Shown piece after piece: positions 30,352-40,100 of a stretch of DNA of 64,000 nt. A program made the translations under genes and the position numbers. Where the stretch lies: positions 34,906,001 to 34,970,000 of the forward strand of contig OZ024740.1 of assembly GCA_964016885.1 (NCBI GenBank). The letters are read 5' to 3'. The notes below the pieces were generated by a model that was not told the origin of the DNA, did no database searches, and saw nothing but the letters and a program-made list of their open reading frames with translations. The DNA comes from Eledone cirrhosa (taxonomy: Eukaryota). The first letter of the stretch is position 1. Each line of letters starts with the position of its first letter.

Positions 30352-31650
30352 ATGGGTAGAAATAACAAAATTGCCATGGTGATATCCATCGATGAAATTT
30401 GCGACAAAACCGGTCGATGTCCCAAAATAGGACATTGCCCAGAAAATCACATCTGCCATATCTGTGCGGAACCCGAAAACTCGTTCCGTAATCGCTGGGT
30501 CGAATGTGGAACCTGTCACATCTCTGTCTGCCTTCAATGCGCCACAGGCTTCCGGAGGATCCCAGGCCCAAAAAAGAGACATCATAATGCTATGATGGAT
30601 GGAATATGGGAGATGGTCCAGCTAAAATCCTGGTCCTTTCAGTGTCTGGCCTGTGTGCCTGCCTCCACTAATGTTATTGAAAAACAACAACAACAACAAC
30701 AACAACAAAAACCAATGACTGTGTCTTCCTCTACCATTGTTACTGAACAACGGCAGAAACCTATGACACTGGCTTCTACTGCTGTTCCTGTGGGAGAACA
30801 TCAGAAACAACAACAACCCATGTCTTCCACTCCCAGTACATCTCGACACCAACAACTGGTGACTGTGTCTTCCCCTACCATTCCCGTGGAGGAACATCAT
30901 CATCACCACCACCAACAACAACAACAGCAACAACCTGCGACTGTGTCCTTCCCTGCCATTCCCGTGGAGGAACATCATCATCACCAACAACAGCAGCAGC
31001 AACAACAACAACAACAACCGACCAGTACAGATTTTGCGGAACTGCAACTAATGATTTCTGCTCTGAGAAGGGAAGTTGCAGGAATAAAGGCAGGCATTCG
31101 GGTAGGACCCCACGATGAGGGGTCTTATCGGAATGCCTTGCTAAAGAATCTCCCTGTACCTCTTGCTGAAAAGACTGAAAAGACTGCGGAATCTGCTACC
31201 CATGAAGTGATTGCCATTGGGGTACCAGAGGACAAGGCTGATCTTCAGGCATTTGCTGCCAGCTCAGCCAAAGACCTAGGCTGTGTTCCCCCAAAGGGTG
31301 CTCTCCGCCTTGGTCGACCTGGTCCAAAACCCAGACTCATCAGGCTGTCTTTTTCGGACCCCGCAGAGGCAACCTCATATCATCTGGCCTCTGCTAAAGC
31401 TGGGCGTGAACATCGGATTACCTTCCGAACACGCCCAGGCCTACCACCCCATGTACGTCCAAAGCTACGTGCTGCAGCTTCCTTGAATCGGAACTCAGCA
31501 CAAGATGAAAGTTTCAGTCTGCGTGATGATGGGCAGATCTGGAGGTTTGTCAAGGCTGGTGAAACGTGGAAGAGAGATACCAGCTGGTCTGAGTGTGATC
31601 TACCCACAATAACTGGCAATGTAAAAACTGCTACAACTCTGGGAAACTAA
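30352..31650 (+). CDS. LINE ORF1 protein (432 aa from first ATG): Cys/His fingers, Q/H-rich repeats, coiled coil, RRM-like domain, CTD
   Basis: Uninterrupted ORF. The track starts at TTG 30211; first ATG is 30352 and a strong Kozak GCCATGG ATG is at 30376. PHD-like CHIC..WVECGTC.x4.CLQC..WSFQCLAC; heptad FAELQLMISALRREVAGIKAGI; ORF1 RRM-like VIAIGVPE...RLGRPGPKPRLIRLSF. Confidence 0.85.
   Translation: MGRNNKIAMVISIDEICDKTGRCPKIGHCPENHICHICAEPENSFRNRWVECGTCHISVCLQCATGFRRIPGPKKRHHNAMMDGIWEMVQLKSWSFQCLACVPASTNVIEKQQQQQQQQKPMTVSSSTIVTEQRQKPMTLASTAVPVGEHQKQQQPMSSTPSTSRHQQLVTVSSPTIPVEEHHHHHHQQQQQQQPATVSFPAIPVEEHHHHQQQQQQQQQQQPTSTDFAELQLMISALRREVAGIKAGIRVGPHDEGSYRNALLKNLPVPLAEKTEKTAESATHEVIAIGVPEDKADLQAFAASSAKDLGCVPPKGALRLGRPGPKPRLIRLSFSDPAEATSYHLASAKAGREHRITFRTRPGLPPHVRPKLRAAASLNRNSAQDESFSLRDDGQIWRFVKAGETWKRDTSWSECDLPTITGNVKTATTLGN
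30680..31020 (+). repeat. Coding minisatellite with (CAA)n/(CAT)n microsatellites within ORF1
   Basis: About 5 degenerate units such as PMTVSSSTIV, PMTLASTAVPVGEH, VTVSSPTIPVEEHHHHHH and ATVSFPAIPVEEHHHH, separated by polyQ; all in frame. Confidence 0.9.
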
Positions 31651-31692
31651 ACCAGAACAACCTGCCACCCTCTACACACCATCATAAACTGC

Positions 31693-32200
31693 GATATCCT
31701 CAGAGTTGCTGCCAAGAAAACAGCCACTTATGTGTTTATTGCAGGTGACTTCAATCATCCTGAGATCAATTGGGAAACCTTTCGTTGGCCACAGGGTGCA
31801 AACGATTTCCTTGAACTAGTGCTGGACTCAAACTGGTCACAAGTAGTCACCTCTCCAACAAGAGGTGACAACACTTTGGACCTGATCTTCACCACTACTC
31901 CTGAAGTGGTTATCAGTTGTACTACTGAGGAACCTCTAGGCGACTCTGATCGTGCTATGATCATTGCCAATCTGGCACTTGAGGGCAGCAACAAAAACCA
32001 GGGCCATCTCCAATCTGCTTGCTTTGATTGGAAGAGGGCGGATTGGAAATTGTACTGCACTGAGCTACAGCGCCCAAACTGGCACGAGATGTATAACTCT
32101 GGAGATGTGAACACTATACTCCAGAGCATCCTGGACTCAATATGGATAGCGTGTGCAGCATCAGTGCCACGGAAGCGGAAAAATAACCACCCCAAAAGTG
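31693..32200 (+). pseudogene. LINE ORF2 fragment: C-terminal half of APE-like endonuclease plus linker
   Basis: DILRVAAKKTATYVFIAGDFNHPEINW...QVVTSPTRGDNTLDLIFT...LGDSDRAMI...FDWKRADW. N-terminal EN motifs (ETW, GGV, YRPP types) are absent, SDH reads SDR, and no RT follows. Confidence 0.88.
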
Positions 32201-33620
32201 GTATATATAAGTAAACCAAGTTATATTAGTATATACAACTAAACCAAGTTGTATTAGTATATACAACTAAACCAAGTTATATTAGTATATATAGCTAAAC
32301 CAAGTTATATTAGTATATACAACTAAACCAAGTTGTATTAGTATATACAACTAAACCAAGTTGTATTAGTATATACATCTAAACGAAGTTGTATTAGTAT
32401 ATACAACTAAACCAAGTTATATTAGTATATATAACTAAACCAAGTTGTATTAGTATATATAAATAAACCAAGTTATATTAGTACACATAACTAAACCAAG
32501 TTGTATTAGTATATATATCTAAACCAAGTTGAATTATTATATATAACTAAACCAAGCTGTATTAGTATATATAACTAAACCAAGTTGTATTAGTATACAT
32601 AACTAAACCAAGTTATATTAGTATATACAACTAAACCAAGTTGTATTAGTATATATAACTAAACCAAGTTGTATTAGTATATATAAGTAAACCAAGTTAT
32701 ATTAGTATATACAACTAAACCAAGTTGTATTAGTATATATAACTAAAGCAAGTTATATTAGTATATATAACTAAACCAAGTTGTATTAGTATATATAAGT
32801 AAACCAAGTTATATTAGTGTATATAACTAAACCCAGTTATATTAGTATATATAAGTAAACCAATTTGTATTAGTATATATAACTAAACCAAATTATATTA
32901 GTATATATAACTAAACCAAGTTGTATTAGTATATACTACTAAACCAAGTTGTATTAGTATCTACAACTAAACCAAGTTATATTAGTATATATAGCTAAAC
33001 CAAGTTATATTAGTATATACAACTAAACCAAGTTGTATTAGTATCTACAACTAAACCAAGTTGTATTAGTATATACAACTTAACGAAGTTGTATTACTAT
33101 ATACAACTAAACCAAGTTATATTAGTTTATATAACTAAACCAAGTTGTATTAGTATATATTACTAAACCAAATTGTATTAGTATCTACAACTAAACCAAG
33201 TTATATTAGTATATATAGCTAAACCAAGTTATATTAGTATATACAACTAAACCAACATGTATTAGTATATACAACTAAACCAAGTTGTATTAGTATATTG
33301 AAATAAACGAAGTTGTATTAGTATCTACAACTAAACCAAGTTGTATTAGTATATACAACTTAACGAAGTTGTATTACTATATACAACTAAACCAAGTTAT
33401 ATTAGTTTATATAACTAAACCAAGTTGTATTAGTATATATTACTAAACCAAATTGTATTAGTATCTACAACTAAACCAAGTTATATTAGTATATATAGCT
33501 AAACCAAGTTATATTAGTATATACAACTAAACCAACATGTATTAGTATATACAACTAAACCAAATTGTTTTAGTATATTGAAATAAACGAAGTTGTATTA
33601 GTATATACAACTAAACCAAG
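32201..33620. repeat. 28-bp satellite block between the two LINE pieces (about 50 monomers)
   Basis: Same monomer, right-type variants; contains a 280-bp (10-mer) tandem duplication at 33041/33321. Confidence 0.99.
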
Positions 33621-33883
33621 TGGACTTGGTGAATACCCACAAAGTTTTTAACCATCTCGCCAACTGCAACCCTGAGCGCCTCTTTGATCTCCATGTATCT
33701 AACACACGTGGACATGCCTACAAGATAAGAAAACAGCACAGCTCCCATGACTTTCGCAGACATTTTTTCACGCTCAGAGTTGCTGAAACATGGAACAAAC
33801 TGCCTGCGTCAATTGTTAGCTGCTGAGACACTGCATCCTTTAAGACACTCATGCTTCCCGAAATACGCCAAAACTACACCTGA
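33620..33883 (+). pseudogene. CR1 ORF2 C-terminal fragment with premature stop
   Basis: In-frame TGA at 33824-33826 (plausibly CGA>TGA) precedes the conserved SFK motif; the frame continues DTASFKTLMLPEIRQNYT to TGA 33881-33883. Confidence 0.8.
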
Positions 33884-34035
33884 TGTGCCCCTTCCATACA
33901 CATGCACACATGTGTGCACTGTTCATTTTACTGATGTTTGTGCATTGCCCTATGTACTGTACATGCACTTTTTTGATATGGTTGTGGTGCACCTGGGCAC
34001 TGTGCACAATATTTCATTATTGTTATTGTTATTAT
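33621..34035 (+). mobile_element. 5'-truncated CR1-type LINE 3' end (ORF2 C-terminus, 3'UTR, stem-loop, (TTA/TTG)n tail)
   Basis: DLVNTHKVF...NTRGHAYKIRKQHSSHDFRRHFFTLRVAETWNKLPASIVSC*DTASFK is the typical CR1 ORF2 C-terminal pattern; tail ATTATTGTTATTGTTATTAT. Confidence 0.9.
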
Positions 34036-34151
34036 ATCATGACTCATACACTGTTTATTTTCCTGACATTTGTACATTATTCTATGTACTATACATGCAC
34101 CTTTGATGAGTTGTAGTGCACCTGAGCACTGTACACAATAATTTCATTATA
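34036..34151 (+). mobile_element. Second, diverged CR1 3' terminus (about 115 nt)
   Basis: 34049-34150 aligns with 33917-34020 (CACTGTT..TATGTACT..CATGCAC..GTGCACCTG.GCACTGT.CACAATA.TTTCATTAT) with many substitutions. Confidence 0.85.
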
Positions 34152-37100
34152 TTATATTAGTGTATATAACTAAACCCTGTTGCATTAGTTTATATAAGTA
34201 AACCAACTTGTATTAGTATATATAACTAAACCAAATTATATTAGTATATATAACTAAACCAAGTTGTATTAGTATATATTACTAAACCAAGTTGTATTAG
34301 TATATATTACTAAACCAAGTTGTATTACCATATATAACTAAACCAAATTATATTAGTATATACAACTAAACCAATTTGTATTAGCATATATAACTAAACC
34401 AAGTCATATTAGTATATACAACTAAACCAAGTTGTATTAGTATATATAACTAAACCAAGTTGTATTAGTATATATAACTGAACCAAGTTGTATTTGTATA
34501 TATAACTAAACCAAGTTGTATTAGTATATATAATTAAACCAAGTTATATTAGTATATACAACTAAACCAAGTTGTATTAGTATATACAACTAAACGAAGT
34601 TGTATTAGTATATACAACTAAACCAAGTTGTATTGGTATATACAACTTAACGAAGTTGTATTAGTACATACAACTAAACCAAGTTATATTAGTATATATA
34701 ACTAAACCAAGTTATAGTAGTGTATAGGACTAAACCCAGTTATATTAGTATACATAACTAAACCAAGTTGTATTAGTATATATAACTAATCCAAGTTGAA
34801 ATATTATATATAACTAAACCAAGCTGTATTAGTATATATAACTAAACCAAGTTGCATTAGTATACATAACTAAACCAAGTTATATTAGTATATGTAGCTA
34901 AACCAAGTTATATTAGTATATACAACTAAACCAAGTTGTATTAGTATATACAACTAAACCAAGTTGTATTGGTATATACAACTTAACGAAGTTGTATTAG
35001 TACATACAACTAAACCAAGTTATATTAGTATATATAACTAAACCAAGTTATAGTAGTGTATAGGACTAAACCCAGTTATATTAGTATATATAACTAAACC
35101 AAGTTATAGTAGTGTATAGGACTAAACCCAGTTATATTAGTATATATAAGTAAACCAATTTGTATCAGTATATATAACTAAACCAAATTATATTAGTATA
35201 TATAACTAAACCAAGTTGTATTAGTAAATATTACTAAACCAAGTTGTATTAGTATCTACAACTGAACCAAGTTATATTAGTATATATAGCTAAACCAAGT
35301 TATATTAGTGTATACAACTAAACCAATTTGTATTAGTATATACAAGTAAACCAAGTTGTATTAGTATATACAACTAAACCAAGTTATATTAGTGTATATA
35401 ACTAAACCCAGTTGTATTAGTATATATTACTAAACCAAGTTGTATTACCATATATAACTAAACCAAATTATATTAGTATATACAACTAAACCAATTTGTA
35501 TTAACATATATAACTAAACCAAGTCATATTAGTATATATAAATAAACCAAGTTATATTAGTATACATAACTAAACCAAGTTGTATTAGTATATATAACTA
35601 ATCCAAGTTCAATTATTATATATAACTAAACCAAGCTGTATTAGTATATATAACTAAACCAAGTTGCATTAGTATACATAACTAAACCAAGTTATATTAG
35701 TATATATAGCTAAACCAAGTTATATTAGTATATACAACTAAACCAAGTTGTATTAATATATACAACTAAACCAAGTTGTATTGGTATATACAACTTAACG
35801 AAGTTGTATTAGTATATACAACTAAACCAAGTTATATTAGTATATATAACTAAACCAAGTTATATTAGTGGATAGGACTAAACCCAGTTATATTAGTATA
35901 TATAAGTAAACCAATTTGTATCAGTATATATAACTAAACCAAATTATATTAGTATATATAACTAAACCAAGTTGTATTAGTATATATTACTAAACCAAGT
36001 TGTATTAGTATCTACAACTAAACCAAGTTATATTAGTATATATAGCTAAACCAAGTTATATTAGTGTATACAACTAAACCAATTTGTATTAGTATATACA
36101 ACTAAACCAAGTTGTATTAGTATATACAAGTAAACCAAGTTGTATTAGTATATACAACTAAACCAAGTTATATTAGTGTATATAACTAAACCCAGTTTAA
36201 TTAGTATATATAAGTAAACCAATTTGTATTAGTATATATAACTAAACCAAATTATATTAGTATATATAACTAAACCAAGTTGTATTAGTATATATTACTA
36301 AACCAAGTTGTATTAGTATATATTACTAAACCAAGTTGTATTACCATATATAACTAAACCAAATTATATTAGTATATACAATTAAACCACGTTGTATTAG
36401 TATGTACAACTAAACCAAGTTATATTAGTATATACAACTAAACCAAGTTGTATTAGTATATACAACTAAACGAAGTTGTATTAGTATATACAACTAAACC
36501 AAGTTATATTAGTATATATAACTAAACCAAGTTGTATTATTATATATAAATAAACCAAGTTATATTAGTATACATAACTAAACCAAGTTGTATTAGTAAA
36601 TATTACTAAACCAAGTTGTATTAGTATCTACAACTGAACCAAGTTGTATTAGTATATACAACTAAACGAAGTTGTATTAGTATATACAACTAAACCAAGT
36701 TGTATTGGTATATACAACTTAACGAAGTTGTATTAGTACATACAACTAAACCAAGTTATATTAGTATATATAACTAAACCAAGTTATAGTAGTGTATAGG
36801 ACTAAACCCAGTTATATTAGTATATATAAGTAAACCAATTTGTATCAGTATATATAACTAAACCAAATTATATTAGTATATATAACTAAACCAAGTTGTA
36901 TTAGTAAATATTACTAAACCAAGTTGTATTAGTATCTACAACTGAACCAAGTTATATTAGTATATATAGCTAAACCAAGTTATATTAGTGTATACAACTA
37001 AACCAATTTGTATTAGTATATACAAGTAAACCAAGTTGTATTAGTATATACAACTAAACCAAGTTATATTAGTGTATATAACTAAACCCAGTTTTATTAG

Positions 37101-40100
37101 TATATATAAGTAAACCAATTTGTATTAGTATATATAACTAAACCAAATTATATTAGTATATATAACAAAACCAAGTTGTATTAGTATATATTACTAAACC
37201 AAGTTGTATTAGTATATATTACTAAACCAAGTTGTATTACCATATATAACTAAACCAAATTATATTAGTATATACAACTAAACCAATTTGTATTAACATA
37301 TATAACTAAACCAAGTCATATTAGTATATATAAATAAACCAAGTTATATTAGTATACATAACTAAACCAAGTTGTATTAGTATATATAACTAATCCAAGT
37401 TCAATTATTATATATAACTAAACCAAGCTGTATTGGTATATATAACTAAACCAAGTTGCATTAGTATACATAACTAAACCAAGTTATATTAGTATATATA
37501 GCTAAACCAAGTTATATTAGTATATACAACTAAACCAAGTTGTATTAATATATACAACTAAACCAAGTTGTATTGGTATATACAACTTAACGAAGTTGTA
37601 TTCGTATATACAACTAAACCAAGTTATATTAGTATATATAACTAAACCAAGTTATATTAGTGGATAGGACTAAACCCAGTTATATTAGTATATATAAGTA
37701 AACCAATTTGTATCAGTATATATAACTAAACCAAATTATATTAGTATATATAACTAAACCAAGTTGTATTAGTATATATTACTAAACCAAGTTGTATTAG
37801 TATCTACAACTAAACCAAGTTATATTAGTATATATAGCTAAACCAAGTTATATTAGTGTATACAACTAAACCAATTTGTATTAGTATATACAACTAAACC
37901 AAGTTGTATTAGTATATACAAGTAAACCAAGTTGTATTAGTATATACAACTAAACCAAGTTATATTAGTGTATATAACTAAACCCAGTTTAATTAGTATA
38001 TATAAGTAAACCAATTTGTATTAGTATATATAACTAAACCAAATTATATTAGTATATATAACTAAACCAAGTTGTATTAGTATATATTACTAAACCAAGT
38101 TGTATTAGTATATATTACTAAACCAAGTTGTATTACCATATATAACTAAACCAAATTATATTAGTATATACAATTAAACCACGTTGTATTAGTATGTACA
38201 ACTAAAGCAAGTTATATTAGTATATACAACTAAACCAAGTTGTATTAGTATATACAACTAAACGAAGTTGTATTAGTATATACAACTAAACCAAGTTATA
38301 TTAGTATATATAACTAAACCAAGTTGTATTATTATATATAAATAAACCAAGTTATATTAGTATACATAACTAAACCAAGTTGTATTAGTATATATAACTA
38401 AACCAAGTTGAATTATTATGTATAACTAAACCAAGCTGTATTAGTATATATAACTAAACCAAGTTGCATTAGAATACATAACTAAACCAAGTTATATTAG
38501 TATATATTACTAAACTAAGTTGTATTAGTATATATTACTAAACCAAGGTATATTAGTATATATTGCTAAACCAAGTTATATTAGTATATACAACTAAACC
38601 AAGTTGTATTAGTATATACAACTAAACCAAGTTGTATTAGTATATACAACTTAACGAAGTTGTATTAGTATATACAACTAAACCAAGTTATATTAGTATA
38701 TATAACTAAACCAACTTATATTAGTGTATATGACAAAACCCAGTTATATTAGTATATATAAGTAAACCAATTTATATTAGTATATATAACTAAACCAAAT
38801 TATATTAGTATATATAACTAAACCAAGTTTTATTAGTATATATTACTAAACCAAGTTGTATTATTACCTACAACTAAACCAAGTTATATTAGTATATATA
38901 GCTAAACCAAGTTATATTAGTATATACAACTAAACCAGGTTGTATTAGTATATACAACTAAACCAAGTTGTATTAGTATATACAAGTAAAGCAAGTTGTA
39001 TTAGTATATACAACTAAAGCAAGTTGTATTAGTATATATTACTAAACCAAGTTGTATTAGTATATATTACTAAACCAAGTTGAATTACCATATATAACTA
39101 AACCAAATTATATTAGCATATACAACTAAACCAATTTGTATTAGCATATATAACTAAACCTAGTCATATTAGTATATACAACTAAACCAAATTGTATTAG
39201 TATATATAACTAAACCAAGTTGTATTTGTATATATAACTAAACCAAGTTGTATTAGTATATATAACTAAACCAAGTTATATTAGTATATACAACTAAACC
39301 AAGTTATATTAGTATATACAACTGAACCAACATGTATTAGTATATACAACTAAAGCACGTTGTATTAGTATATACAACTAAACCAAGTTATATTAGTATA
39401 TACAACTAAACCAAGTTGTATTAGTATATACAACTAAACGAAGTTGTATTAGTATATACAACTAAACCAAGTTATATTAGTATATATAACTAAACCAAGT
39501 TGTATTAGTATATATAAATAAACCAAGTTATATTAGTATACATAACTAAACCAAGTTGTATTAGTATATATATCTAAACCAAGTTGAACTATTATATATA
39601 ACTAAACCAAGCTGTATTAGTATATATAACTAAACCAAGTTGCATTAGTATACATAAGTAAACCAAGTTATATTAGTATATACAACTAAACCAAGTTGTA
39701 TTAGTATATATAACTAAAGCAAGTTATATTAGTATATATAACTAAGCCAAGTTGTATTAGTATATATAAGTAAACCAAGTTATATTAGTGTATATAACTA
39801 AACCCAGTTATATTAGTATATATAATTAAACCAATTTGTATTAGTATATATAACTAAACCAAATAATATTAGTATATATAACTAAACCAAGTTGTATTAG
39901 TATATATTACTAAACCAAGTTGTATTAGTATCTACAACTAAACCAAGTTATATTAGTATATATAGCTAAACCAAGTTATATTAGTATATACAACTAAACC
40001 AAGTTGTATTAGTATATACAACTAAACCAAGTTGTATTAGTATATACAACTTAACGAAGTTGTATTACTATATACAACTAAACCTAGTTATATTAGTATA

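Larger units (their letters stand above)
29551..32200 (+). mobile_element. CR1-type (CR1/L2 group) non-LTR retrotransposon, 5' portion, 3'-truncated
   Basis: About 800-nt AT-rich leader, PHD/RRM-type ORF1, then an APE-type endonuclease fragment (GDFN, PTRG..TLDLIFT, SD[H/R]). Breaks back into satellite at about 32201, before any RT motif. Confidence 0.9.

Noticed and set aside
31645-31654. AACTAAACCA at the ORF1 stop matches the satellite monomer (possible LINE origin of the satellite)
   Set aside because: A single 10-nt AT-rich match in about 2.6 kb is plausible by chance, and no further similarity is visible.
31648-31760. Stop-codon readthrough (ORF1 and EN fragment in the same frame, separated by one TAA)
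   Set aside because: The EN N-terminal half is missing, so the shared frame is probably a by-product of a deletion. Not fully excluded without the consensus.
29727-32219. Minus-strand and alternative-frame ORFs in the track (64-154 aa, including the poly-Leu ORF 30622-31047)
   Set aside because: Shadows of ORF1/ORF2 or low-complexity UTR sequence, with no recognisable motifs.
32196-33623. AAGTGG at both ends of the internal satellite block, suggesting satellite inserted into one LINE with a 6-bp TSD and replaced the RT
   Set aside because: Satellite phrase order is continuous across the 3' LINE piece (empty sites elsewhere), so that piece is its own insertion. AAGT on the right is ordinary satellite sequence.
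33747-34116. ORFs of 119 and 77 aa over the LINE 3'UTR
   Set aside because: Out of frame with the CR1 C-terminal motifs and running through repetitive UTR and tail.
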